Assembly (NCBI RefSeq): GCF_000018465.1
Contig: NC_010085.1
Span: 960,001-992,000, forward strand
DNA from: Nitrosopumilus maritimus SCM1
GTDB taxonomy: Archaea; Thermoproteota; Nitrososphaeria; Nitrososphaerales; Nitrosopumilaceae
DNA length: 32,000 nucleotides
Direction of reading: 5' to 3'
How positions within the stretch are numbered: position 1 is the stretch's first letter; the number at the start of each line of letters is the position of its first letter. This document shows positions 23,428 to 32,000 of the stretch, piece after piece. The notes beneath the pieces were generated by a model, which saw only the letters and a program-made list of their open reading frames with translations, was not told the DNA's origin and did no database searches. A program made the position numbers and the translations under genes.

Positions 23428-24456
23428 TTATTTTGTAATGATTATTTTCATTGCATTGTCACCACTTCGTGCATGATCAAATGCCTTTTGAGTATCATCA
23501 ATTGGATAAGTGTGTGTGATTAACTGTTTGACATCAATTTGTAATGATTCGATTAGATTCAATGCTTCTTTTGTATCATTATCAGATGCAGCATAACTAG
23601 TAACAAGAGTGATTTCTTTTGAATAGATTTTACTCATGTCTAAATCCATTTTTGCACCTTTTGAAGGAACTCCAAACATCATTATAGCACCGCCTTTTCT
23701 AACCATATCAATTGCATCATCAAGAGCTTTGAGACTGCTAGTTGCAACAATAGCAACATCAACTCCTTGGTTGTCAGTATGCTCTAAGATTTTCTGTTTC
23801 TTAGTTTCATCCATAGAGTTGATGGATTCTGTAATGTTGAATTTTTTTGCAAAGTCCAATCTAAAATCATTAACATCAAAACAGAAGATTTTGGAGAATT
23901 TCTTTGCCTGAGCAAGCATCACATGCATCATTCCAGTAGGACCAACTCCAAAGATTGCAGCACTGTCTCCTTCCTGATAATGGTATTTTGTCCAGGCCCG
24001 AACACAACATGCAAGTGGTTCAATCATCGCAGCTTCTTCAAAACTAAGAGAATCAGATATTTTCAAAACTCCACCATGAGAAACATTCCATGCAGGAACA
24101 ACATATTGCTCAGATAAACCACAGGGAGACAGATTAGTTTCATAGTATTTTTTGCACATTGTCTCGTTTCCATGATTACAAAAATGACAATCATAACAAG
24201 GAACATGATGGTGAGTAAATATTCTGTCACCTTTTTTGAATTCAGTTACACCAGAACCAACATCTAAAACAATACCAGCAGGTTCATGGCCTAGACGCAT
24301 TGATGGTTGTCCATATTGTCCAAATACTTTTTCCAAATCAGAGCCACATATTCCACATGCATGCATCTGAACTAAAATTTCACCAGACTCCAAAGAAGGA
24401 TTTTCTGTTTCACTTACAGAGATAACTGATGGTTCTTTAACAGATGCAGTTTTCAT
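23428..24456 (-). CDS. Zinc-dependent medium-chain alcohol/polyol dehydrogenase (threonine/sorbitol dehydrogenase-like)
   Basis: ATG ORF. Catalytic Zn ligands lie in HACGICGSD and LGHEPAG. The structural Zn motif is CYDCHFCNHGNETMC. The Rossmann motif is AIFGVGPTGMM. Only 37 bp separate it from the aldolase, so co-transcription is likely. Confidence 0.85.
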   Translation of the reverse strand: MKTASVKEPSVISVSETENPSLESGEILVQMHACGICGSDLEKVFGQYGQPSMRLGHEPAGIVLDVGSGVTEFKKGDRIFTHHHVPCYDCHFCNHGNETMCKKYYETNLSPCGLSEQYVVPAWNVSHGGVLKISDSLSFEEAAMIEPLACCVRAWTKYHYQEGDSAAIFGVGPTGMMHVMLAQAKKFSKIFCFDVNDFRLDFAKKFNITESINSMDETKKQKILEHTDNQGVDVAIVATSSLKALDDAIDMVRKGGAIMMFGVPSKGAKMDLDMSKIYSKEITLVTSYAASDNDTKEALNLIESLQIDVKQLITHTYPIDDTQKAFDHARSGDNAMKIIITK

Positions 24457-24475
24457 GATTTTCAGTAGAAAATTG

Positions 24476-24483
24476 ATTATAAG
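24476..24483 (-). promoter_or_regulatory. Possible TATA-like element (CTTATAAT) upstream of the dehydrogenase gene
   Basis: The minus strand reads tttaatctaCTTATAATcaattttctactgaaaatcATG. The box centre is about 24 nt from the ATG. Confidence 0.3.
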
Positions 24484-24492
24484 TAGATTAAA

Positions 24493-24786
24493 TCAAACAC
24501 CAAGAATCTTCTTGAGCATGACTCTATAATCAACTTCAGTTTTTTCGCTTCCTGTTGCAGGTAATGCAAATACCAAAGTAGATTTTTCAGCCCTTAATGC
24601 AGTCAATTCATCATTAATGGATTCAGTGATATCATCACTAACTAGTACCAGTCCAACATCAGAATCATCAGTTAATTTTCTGATATCTTCTAAAGCCTTT
24701 TGAGGAGTATCAGAAATAACGCCTGGAACTCCTGCTAACTGAAAACTAGTTACAAATGATTTGCTTCCAACAGTGAAGATTTTCAC
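24493..24786 (-). CDS. atpF: A/V-type ATP synthase subunit F
   Basis: 97 aa with a GTG start. KIFTVGSKSFVTSFQLAGVPG and VGLVLVSDDI fit the ATP-synt_F family pattern. Confidence 0.75.
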   Translation of the reverse strand: MKIFTVGSKSFVTSFQLAGVPGVISDTPQKALEDIRKLTDDSDVGLVLVSDDITESINDELTALRAEKSTLVFALPATGSEKTEVDYRVMLKKILGV

Positions 24787-24807
24787 AAATTCAAATTTTG
24801 CCCATTC

Positions 24808-24815
24808 TAATTTAA
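24808..24815 (-). promoter_or_regulatory. Possible TATA box (TTAAATTA) upstream of atpF
   Basis: The minus strand reads gggTTAAATTAgaatgggcaaaatttgaatttGTG. There are 21 nt from the box to the GTG start. Confidence 0.4.
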
Positions 24816-24871
24816 CCCTTTTTGGAAGAGTAGATCAGAAGGTTGATTTAGTTTAAAAAATTAGTAGTTTC

Positions 24872-25174
24872 ATGACAGAAATTGACACTCAAAAAGACTT
24901 CTATCTATTCTTGCATGGAAAAATGGATCTTAAGCAAAAGGCAACTGATGTTTTGATTGCAAAAGGATGTTCTGAAGAAAAGATCACCATGGGTGCACCA
25001 ACAAAAGTTGGTAATGTAGGGGATTATATGGTTCAATTATGGCCACCAGGACCAGCACCAAATCAAATCAAAATTCAACAAATAACCAAAGTTGAAGAGG
25101 TTGAACCAGAAGGAATGATAGGTCTTTGGAAAGGGGTTTCAAAAGAAGATGTTGAATCTATTCCATTGGAATGA
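24872..25174 (+). CDS. Hypothetical protein, 100 aa
   Basis: ATG ORF that fills the gap between flanking genes. I recognise no motif. Confidence 0.55.
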   Translation: MTEIDTQKDFYLFLHGKMDLKQKATDVLIAKGCSEEKITMGAPTKVGNVGDYMVQLWPPGPAPNQIKIQQITKVEEVEPEGMIGLWKGVSKEDVESIPLE

Positions 25175-25175
25175 T

Positions 25176-25436
25176 TCAACTAAATCCAGCACCAAAATCA
25201 GAGCCTTTGTCTAAAAGGTCCCCAGAATCTGAACTTTTTAATTTTCTAAACAACAATGTTTCATAGACTAGTTTCATTGCATCTTCATCGTTTAGATTAC
25301 AATCTTCCTTAACTTGATTTTTGTATTTTTCTAATTTTGCAGGTTCTTGTTCATCAGGGGAGATACCATCATGAATCATCAGATTAGCAATTTTTTCAAT
25401 TTCAGAATTTTGCTGTGCTTCATCCATATTGGTCAA
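25176..25436 (-). CDS. Hypothetical acidic protein, 83-86 aa
   Basis: ORF in the track starts at TTG 25436. An ATG three codons in (25427) is an equally good start. I recognise no motif. Confidence 0.5.
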   Translation of the reverse strand: MTNMDEAQQNSEIEKIANLMIHDGISPDEQEPAKLEKYKNQVKEDCNLNDEDAMKLVYETLLFRKLKSSDSGDLLDKGSDFGAGFS

Positions 25437-25475
25437 TAAATTTTCTAGTTATTAATACATTCGAATAAAAAATCA

Positions 25476-25778
25476 TCACAAATCTGAAAGTAGTCCTGAA
25501 AGAAAATCAGAAAATTCATCATCAGAAAAAATAATTTTCTCAACCTTGTTTTCAGTTTGAGCAAGTTTTACAGAATCCAAATGATAGCAAGTGTCTTTTC
25601 CATTTAATTTTCCAAAATAAAATGCAGGACATGAACAATAAAGACCAGATGGATCAACCCAGTGTTCTTCGCCCTTACCAACTACAGTCCAAATTTTCCT
25701 TTGACTAGGCTCAAAAACATGTAATTTTACTCGTTTTTCTGACACCAAGGATTCTATTCTATCAGGATCTTTGTTCAC
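25476..25778 (-). CDS. SWIM zinc-finger protein, 100 aa
   Basis: CSCPAFYFGKLNGKDTCYH gives the C-x-C-x(n)-C-x-H SWIM signature. GTG start. Confidence 0.7.
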   Translation of the reverse strand: MNKDPDRIESLVSEKRVKLHVFEPSQRKIWTVVGKGEEHWVDPSGLYCSCPAFYFGKLNGKDTCYHLDSVKLAQTENKVEKIIFSDDEFSDFLSGLLSDL

Positions 25779-25812
25779 AAGAATTTAATCAGATATCTGC
25801 AGTATAACTTTG

Positions 25813-26562
25813 ATGTTGCAAACTAGAATCATGCAATCTAAACCAGCATTAGTATTGGAAGGAGATAGAAAATATCTTGTTGTAACAGATCTTCATATCG
25901 GATTTGAAAGCAGTATGGCATCAAATGAAATTTTCATTGGAAAAAATTCCACAATAAATGAAACAATTCAAGAATTATCAGATATGATTGATACAGAAAA
26001 ACCAGATTCAGTGATTTTACTTGGAGATATAAAATCAAGTATGAAGAGCATTTCAAAAAGTGAATGGGACGAAGTTCCGTTATTTTTTGATAAAATCAGC
26101 CAGAAATGTGAGATAGTCTTAGTTCCAGGAAATCATGATGCAAACATCTCAAGACTAGTTCCACAAAACATTACGATGATCAGTTCTACAGGAATGGTTG
26201 AAGAAAATACATTGTTAACTCATGGACATACAATGCCATCAGAGAATTTTTCACATGTAGACAAAATCATCATGGGACATGTTCATCCAGTGTTTTTTCA
26301 AGAAGATTCTGTGATTAATGGACAAAGAGTTTGGATTTCAATGAAGATTGAAAAAGAGAAAATTTTTCCAAACAAATCAGGAGAGTTGGAGATTACCATA
26401 ATTCCATCATTTAACAAATACTTTTACGCCACTCATAGAAAAAAATACAAAAAATCAATTTCACCTATAATTGACAGAATAAAATCAGTAGCAAAAGCAA
26501 GAATTGTTACGCTTGATGGTACAATTATTGGAAATGAATTAATTATTGATCAAGTTTTATGA
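25813..26562 (+). CDS. Calcineurin-like metallophosphoesterase (archaeal SbcD/Mre11-related small phosphoesterase type)
   Basis: Motifs in order: VTDLHIG, LGDIK, PGNHDAN, THGH, GHVHP. The track starts at TTG 25810; I prefer the adjacent ATG at 25813. Confidence 0.8.
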   Translation: MLQTRIMQSKPALVLEGDRKYLVVTDLHIGFESSMASNEIFIGKNSTINETIQELSDMIDTEKPDSVILLGDIKSSMKSISKSEWDEVPLFFDKISQKCEIVLVPGNHDANISRLVPQNITMISSTGMVEENTLLTHGHTMPSENFSHVDKIIMGHVHPVFFQEDSVINGQRVWISMKIEKEKIFPNKSGELEITIIPSFNKYFYATHRKKYKKSISPIIDRIKSVAKARIVTLDGTIIGNELIIDQVL

Positions 26563-26565
26563 TAA

Positions 26566-29500
26566 TTATTCAATAGGGTCATATGGTTCAATAGGATCTT
26601 TTGTTGTTTCATTATGTTGTAACCATTCAAGGGTCTTAACAAATGAATCAGCAAGTTCTATTGTAGTTAGCACTGGAATTCCAAGTTCAATTGCCTTTCT
26701 TCTAATTTGATATTCATCATCAAGCATTCCAACATATTTTTCAATTGTAGAAGTACTTGGGATGTTTATGATAAAGTCTATCTTCCTTTCATAAAGCATA
26801 TCTGCAATGTTTGGTAGACGTTCAGGTTCTGAAATCTTGTGAATGATTTCTATACCACCAACTTTTTCTTCAAAGAATTCTGCAGTATGTTCTGTTGCCA
26901 TAATCTTGAATCCTAATTGTTTTAGTTTTGCAATTGAAGATAATAATTTCTCCTTGTTTTCTGTTCCCCCAACAGTAACAACTGCAGTTCCAGTTTGAGG
27001 TAGTTTGATTCCAACTGATGTCAAACCTTTTGCAAGTGCATCATGGAAGCTATTTCCAAAGCAAGCAGCTTCACCAGTAGACTGCATCTCTACACCCAAT
27101 GCAATGTCTGCACCATCTAGCTGCATGAATGAAAATTGTGGAACTTTGATTCCATAATTATGGATTTTCTGCCACTTGTTTTCAGGGATTTTAGGTAACG
27201 GTTTGTCCAAAATAGCCTTTGAGGCAAGTGAAATTAGGTTCATTTTGACTAATTTTGAGACAAATGGCATAGAACGTGATGCACGTATGTTCAGTTCTAT
27301 AACATAGACTTGATCATTGTTTATCAAGAATTGCAGGTTAAATGGCCCTTTAACATTAAAGGTCAATGCAATTCGTTTAGTATAATCAGTAATTGTTTCG
27401 ATAATTTTGTTGCTTAATCTCCATGGAGGAATACACATCATTGCATCACCAGAGTGTACACCAGCTGAATCAATATGTTCAACTATTGCGCCAATAACAA
27501 CTTCTTTTCCATTACTGATTCCATCAACATCAACTTCTAATGAGTTTAACATGAATTTTGAAATTACAACCGGATGATCAGGGGATACATCAGTTGCTTC
27601 TTTGACATATGTTTTGAGTTCTTCTTGCGACCAAACTACTTTCATTGCAGCTCCAGATAAAACATAAGATGGTCTAACTATTACAGGAAATCCCACTTCT
27701 TGTGCAAATGATTTTGCTTCATTAAGGTTTGAGAACGCTTGCCATCTTGGTTGACCAATGTGTAGTTTATCTAATTCTGCACTAAACTTTGAACGGTCTT
27801 CAGCTCTGTCAACATCTTTTGCTGATGTTCCTAAAATATTGATTCCACGTTCTGCTAGTCCAGGAGTCAGATTGTTTGCTGTTTGTCCACCTACACATGT
27901 AATGACTCCTTTTGGATTCTCAAAGTCAGTAATGTCAAGTAATCTTTCTTGTGTAAGTTCTTCAAAGTACAGTCTTGTACAGATATCATAATCAGTTGAT
28001 ACTGTTTCAGGATTACAGTTTACAACTGAGACATTCTTTTCTCCATTCTCTTGCAATCCCCAAACCATGTTTACTGTTCCCCAATCAAACTCTACGCTAC
28101 TACCGATTCTATATGGTCCCGCACCAACTACAACAATTCCTGGATCATCTTTTGGAATTTCAATGTCATGAGAGTGTCCACCATATGTTAGGTATAGATA
28201 ATTGGTAACTGCAGGCCATTCTGCTGCAAGGGTGTCAATCTGCTTTACAGATGGAACCACGCCTAATTCCTTGCGTATTTCACGCACTTCATCAGGAGTG
28301 CTTCCTTTTGCACGGGCAATTTGATTATCAGAGAAGCCTAGTTTTTTGATATCCCACATCAAGGATTTGTCTAGTTCAGATTCCTTGATTTTGGCCTCCG
28401 CGTTAAGGATATTTTGTATTTTATCAATGAACCAAGGATCAATTGCAGAAAGTTTGTAGATTCTCTCAACTGAAATCCCCATTTTCAAGGCAATTGCAAC
28501 ATTGTACAAAATCTCATCATCATGATGAGATAATTTGAATTCAATTTCTTCTTCAGTGTATTTTTTGCCATTAGCACGATTCAATACCAATCCATCATTT
28601 CCAATTGCAAGCATTCTGATTGCTTTTTGTAATGATTCTTCAAATGTTCGTCCAACTGCCATGACTTCACCAACGGATTTCATCGTAACTCCAAGTTTTC
28701 TATTGACTTGTTCAAACTTTGAAAAGTCCCATCTTGGATGTTTGCAAACAACATAATCAAGTGAAGGCTCAAAGCATGCAGTTGTACTTTTTGTAATTCT
28801 GTTTACTAGTTCAGACAAACTATAACCTAATCCAATTTTTGCAGACATGTATGCAAGTGGATAGCCTGTAGCTTTACTTGCAAGTGCAGAAGAACGAGAT
28901 AGACGAGGGTTGATTTCGATTGCAACATATCTGTCTGAATCTGAATCTAATGCATATTGAATATTACATTCACCAACAATTCCAACATGTTTTGTTGCAC
29001 GTAACGCAGCTGAACGCAACATGTGATATTCATGGTTGTTGATTGTTTGAGAAGGTGCAACTACAATGTTATCACCAGTGTGAACTTTCATTGAAAGAAC
29101 ATTTTCCATGTTACAGACAATTACATTATTGCCATCATAGTCTTGCATTACTTCATATTCGATTTGTTTCCAATGACCAATGTATTCTTCAACTAGAACT
29201 TGGCCTACAAGACTTGCATTAAGACCACGTTCAACGATTTCATGGAGTTCAATTTCATTATGGGCAATTCCTCCGCCACGACCTCCTAGGGTATAGGCTA
29301 CTCGGACAATGACAGGGTAGTTCAGTTCCTCTGCTACCTTCTTTGCATCATCGACATTAGTCACAGTTTTACTCTTGAGTACAGGAACGCCTGCTTCAGT
29401 CATTTGATCCTTGAAAAGCTGCCTATCTTCAGTATTTTTGATACCTTGAACCTGAGTTCCAAGCACTTTGACACCATATTTTTGCAAAATTCCCGCTTCT

Positions 29501-29808
29501 TCTAGTTTAACACCACAATTCAGTGCAGTCTGACCACCATAGGCCAACATGATTCCATCAGGTCTTTCTTTTTCTACAACAGATTCAACATATTGTGGAT
29601 TAACAGGTAAAAGATACACTTGGTCTGCAAATCTTGTATCAGTTTGAATTGTTGCAATGTTTGGATTAATTAGAACGCTTTTGAGTCCGTCTTCATGAAT
29701 TGCTTTAAGACACTGACTTCCAGAATAATCAAATTCTCCGGCTTCACCAATTTTAATGGCGCCACTACCCAAAACAAGAATTTTGTTTAGTGATTCGTTT
29801 TTTGGCAT
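26566..29808 (-). CDS. carB: Carbamoyl-phosphate synthase large subunit
   Basis: 1,080 aa. N-terminus ILVLGSGAIKIGEAGEFDYSGSQ, two ATP-grasp halves (a second GSSVEFDWG), and an MGS-like C-terminus. It lies immediately downstream of carA. Confidence 0.95.
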   Translation of the reverse strand: MPKNESLNKILVLGSGAIKIGEAGEFDYSGSQCLKAIHEDGLKSVLINPNIATIQTDTRFADQVYLLPVNPQYVESVVEKERPDGIMLAYGGQTALNCGVKLEEAGILQKYGVKVLGTQVQGIKNTEDRQLFKDQMTEAGVPVLKSKTVTNVDDAKKVAEELNYPVIVRVAYTLGGRGGGIAHNEIELHEIVERGLNASLVGQVLVEEYIGHWKQIEYEVMQDYDGNNVIVCNMENVLSMKVHTGDNIVVAPSQTINNHEYHMLRSAALRATKHVGIVGECNIQYALDSDSDRYVAIEINPRLSRSSALASKATGYPLAYMSAKIGLGYSLSELVNRITKSTTACFEPSLDYVVCKHPRWDFSKFEQVNRKLGVTMKSVGEVMAVGRTFEESLQKAIRMLAIGNDGLVLNRANGKKYTEEEIEFKLSHHDDEILYNVAIALKMGISVERIYKLSAIDPWFIDKIQNILNAEAKIKESELDKSLMWDIKKLGFSDNQIARAKGSTPDEVREIRKELGVVPSVKQIDTLAAEWPAVTNYLYLTYGGHSHDIEIPKDDPGIVVVGAGPYRIGSSVEFDWGTVNMVWGLQENGEKNVSVVNCNPETVSTDYDICTRLYFEELTQERLLDITDFENPKGVITCVGGQTANNLTPGLAERGINILGTSAKDVDRAEDRSKFSAELDKLHIGQPRWQAFSNLNEAKSFAQEVGFPVIVRPSYVLSGAAMKVVWSQEELKTYVKEATDVSPDHPVVISKFMLNSLEVDVDGISNGKEVVIGAIVEHIDSAGVHSGDAMMCIPPWRLSNKIIETITDYTKRIALTFNVKGPFNLQFLINNDQVYVIELNIRASRSMPFVSKLVKMNLISLASKAILDKPLPKIPENKWQKIHNYGIKVPQFSFMQLDGADIALGVEMQSTGEAACFGNSFHDALAKGLTSVGIKLPQTGTAVVTVGGTENKEKLLSSIAKLKQLGFKIMATEHTAEFFEEKVGGIEIIHKISEPERLPNIADMLYERKIDFIINIPSTSTIEKYVGMLDDEYQIRRKAIELGIPVLTTIELADSFVKTLEWLQHNETTKDPIEPYDPIE

Positions 29809-29809
29809 T

Positions 29810-30964
29810 TTATTTCTCCATTAGTTCCTTTAGTTCTTCAAAAACATACTTGCAATCAAAAGGACCAGGTGCAGCTTCAGGATGAAATTGTACTGCAATA
29901 CACCTCTTTGTTTTGTGTTTTATTCCTTCGACTGTTTTGTCATCAGCATTTGTAAACCATAAATTAAAATCAGATTTTTCAAGGGATTCAGGTTTTATTC
30001 CATAACCATGATTTTGACTTGTGACATAGACTTGATTTGTCTCCAAGTTAACACATGGTTTGTTTTGTCCACGGTGTCCATACTTTAGTTTGTAAGTTTC
30101 AGTGTTTCCTGCAATTCCAATTATTTGTGCACCAAGACAAATTCCAAGTGTTGGTATATTATTTTCAATTAATTTTTTAGTTGTTTCAATTGTTGCAGGA
30201 CAGTTTTGAGGATCACCAGGACCACTGCTCAAAACAATTCCTTTTGGATTGTATGACATTATTTTTTCATATGAAGTATTCCATGGGACAACAACTACTT
30301 TGTAACCAAGTTCTCTAACATTTCTAATAATTGCAAATTTTGCACCAGTGTCAATTACAACAACTGTCTGCTCTTCGTTTCCATAGACTTTTTCTTCCTT
30401 GGTGGATACTGCATCCATAAACTGTTCAGAATTGTAATTTGTAGCCTCAGAAAGCTGTTTTTTGACTGCTTCTACATCAATCTCAGTATCTGAGACTACT
30501 AGAGCAGCCATCATGACACCACTAGTTCTAAGTTTTTTTGTTAATGCCCTAGTATCAATTTCAGCAATTCCTGGAATTTTTTCATTGTACATCCATTCAT
30601 CCAAAGTCATGGATAGATTCCAGTGACTTGCAGTATGAGATAGTTCATGTATTACAAGACCTCTAGCTTGGATTTCATTGGCTTCAAAATATTTTGGAAT
30701 TCCATCGTCATCTTTAACTTCTGGATCGGGAACTCCATAATTTCCAACAAGTGGATAAGTTAGTGTAAGAATTTGGCCTTTGTAGGATGGGTCAGTTAGT
30801 GCTTCTGTATACCCAACCATTCCAGTATTGAACACAATTTCACCAAAAACAGTCGTCGAATATCCGAATCCTTCACCGTCAAGAACAGTTCCATCATCAA
30901 AAATGAGCTTTCCAAACTTTTTTGCGTGAGTTGATTTCTTTGTGGATATTGTGACCCTCAGCAA
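29810..30964 (-). CDS. carA: Carbamoyl-phosphate synthase small (glutaminase) subunit
   Basis: LIFDDGTVLDGEGFGY N-domain. Class I amidotransferase residues lie in GICLGAQ and VQFHPEA. The TTG start is the only canonical start upstream of the conserved N-terminus. Confidence 0.9.
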   Translation of the reverse strand: MLRVTISTKKSTHAKKFGKLIFDDGTVLDGEGFGYSTTVFGEIVFNTGMVGYTEALTDPSYKGQILTLTYPLVGNYGVPDPEVKDDDGIPKYFEANEIQARGLVIHELSHTASHWNLSMTLDEWMYNEKIPGIAEIDTRALTKKLRTSGVMMAALVVSDTEIDVEAVKKQLSEATNYNSEQFMDAVSTKEEKVYGNEEQTVVVIDTGAKFAIIRNVRELGYKVVVVPWNTSYEKIMSYNPKGIVLSSGPGDPQNCPATIETTKKLIENNIPTLGICLGAQIIGIAGNTETYKLKYGHRGQNKPCVNLETNQVYVTSQNHGYGIKPESLEKSDFNLWFTNADDKTVEGIKHKTKRCIAVQFHPEAAPGPFDCKYVFEELKELMEK

Positions 30965-31040
30965 TTCCGTTGTAATACGAATTTAAGTTTTATGTGAATT
31001 GTATTTTGAAAAAAATGATCGCTATTGGAATTGGGTTTTG

Positions 31041-32000
31041 TTAGTTTACAGAAATTATTCCAGATTTTATCAAAAATTGCATTCCTTGTACAAAGGCATC
31101 ATCATCAATTGTGCCATCAGCCCACCAACCAGCATTGACTTTAACCCATACAGGAACTTCGTTTGTTTGAGAATTTGAACCAGTCAAAGTAGGAGGAATT
31201 TGAATAATGTTTTCATCAATTAAAAACTGAATTCCTTGAATGAAAGAATCATCATCAATTGACCCATCTGCCCACCAACCAGCATTACTTTTTACCCAAG
31301 ATGGAATTTCGTTTGTCTCAGAATTTGCAGATATGCCAGGCTCAATTACGATAATAAAATTTCCTTTTGATTCAGAATCACCATCAATGTTAGATACAAC
31401 AAGATTTGCTGAGCCAGAATATTTTGAATCAAAGTTTACTTGATGGATATTTGAATAATCAGAATCAATATCACCTTTGAAATGATTTTGATAAATGGTC
31501 TTACCCTGTTGGATTACTGAAAAATCATATTCCACATGGTGTTTATGATGGTCTGAAAAGATTTGCTGAAAATCTATGAAAAATGTCACATCCTCACCTG
31601 CATGAATAATTTCAGGTTCCCAATACAAGAATACTTGATAATCAGAGGTTGTAAAATCTAATGGAAAATCAACTTTGTCATTTGGTTGTAGTTTAAACTC
31701 AATTATTTCATCAGATGTTTGCACATTATTCTTTAACAACTTGAGCAAATCACGAGTAATCACAGTGTGTACAGTTCGATCATCAAAAGAATAATCATCA
31801 ATAGTTGTAATGTCGTGAGGCAGTAAAAGTCCATTTACATATGAATCATAATTTGTAGAAAGAAAATCACTAAACGTATTTGGAATTCGTACTTCTTGAT
31901 GAATCACACTTATCTCTTGAAAATTTTGATTCCAATCAAAAGGAATGGTAAAAGTTAGTTGGTTTGAGTCAAAATTAAAATCTTGAATTTGATCAAAATA
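31041..32000 (-). CDS. Partial gene (N-terminus beyond the window end): probable secreted protein ending in two WWADG-type repeats
   Basis: The track starts it at GTG 31907. The same frame stays open to position 32000 (YFDQIQDFNFDSNQLTFTIPFDWNQNFQEIS-VIHQEV...), so the true start is probably outside the window. Confidence 0.75.
   Translation of the reverse strand, partial: YFDQIQDFNFDSNQLTFTIPFDWNQNFQEISVIHQEVRIPNTFSDFLSTNYDSYVNGLLLPHDITTIDDYSFDDRTVHTVITRDLLKLLKNNVQTSDEIIEFKLQPNDKVDFPLDFTTSDYQVFLYWEPEIIHAGEDVTFFIDFQQIFSDHHKHHVEYDFSVIQQGKTIYQNHFKGDIDSDYSNIHQVNFDSKYSGSANLVVSNIDGDSESKGNFIIVIEPGISANSETNEIPSWVKSNAGWWADGSIDDDSFIQGIQFLIDENIIQIPPTLTGSNSQTNEVPVWVKVNAGWWADGTIDDDAFVQGMQFLIKSGIISVN
31044..31313 (-). 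repeat. Two 40-aa C-terminal repeats (31194-31313 and 31044-31163) separated by a 10-aa linker
   Basis: NEIPSWVKSNAGWWADGSIDDDSFIQGIQFLIDENIIQIP aligns with NEVPVWVKVNAGWWADGTIDDDAFVQGMQFLIKSGIISVN. Confidence 0.9.

Noticed and set aside
21541-28756. Short ORFs antisense to or overlapping the sensor, aldolase, dehydrogenase and carB genes (21541-21747, 22820-23002, 23636-24117, 27758-28756)
   Set aside because: They are contained within strongly supported conserved genes on the other strand and have no recognisable motifs. They are typical shadow ORFs of AT-rich DNA.
31905-31907. GTG at 31907 as the start of the last gene
   Set aside because: The frame remains open and protein-like up to position 32000, so the ORF-track start is only the first start-like codon inside a truncated gene.

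Overview
AT-rich window that looks archaeal. Evidence: A/V-type ATPase F subunit, TTTAWATA-type boxes about 25 nt upstream of start codons, and leaderless-looking genes. A marine Nitrosopumilales-type thaumarchaeon is my best guess; this is inference, not a search result.

The window has two parts.

(1) Accessory cell-surface region, 1-21873, all on the minus strand.
- A giant gene fills 1-14847. It is missing from the supplied ORF track, most likely because its stop codon lies beyond position 1.
- I hand-translated it. It has a TTG start at 14847 and a signal peptide, followed by three N-terminal beta-sandwich-like modules and about 40 fibronectin type III (FN3) domains.
- Three roughly 180-190 aa acidic non-FN3 modules interrupt the FN3 array. 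The frame is still open at position 1, giving at least 4,949 aa in the window.
- Three further same-strand genes lie upstream: a TM-anchored coiled-coil protein with a transglutaminase/BTLCP-like domain whose catalytic Cys is Asn (15058-16227); a 1,206-aa pure coiled-coil protein with nine ~187-bp tandem coding repeats (16264-19884); and a Cache-like/HAMP membrane sensor whose histidine-kinase module has lost the phospho-His and all ATP-binding boxes (19952-21844).
- Together these resemble, by architecture only, the bacterial LapA/LapG/LapD giant-adhesin control logic. This is my top candidate for an undescribed system.

(2) Housekeeping region, 21989-32000.
- It holds an NTF2-like protein, a DhnA/LsrF-type class I aldolase carrying a 70-aa polybasic tail encoded by a perfect 60-bp tandem repeat, and a Zn alcohol dehydrogenase.
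- It also holds ATPase subunit F, two small hypotheticals, a divergent SWIM zinc-finger / metallophosphoesterase pair, carB and carA.
- The last gene is a partial secreted protein ending in two WWADG-type repeats.

I recognised no rRNA, tRNA, CRISPR array, transposase or integrase.
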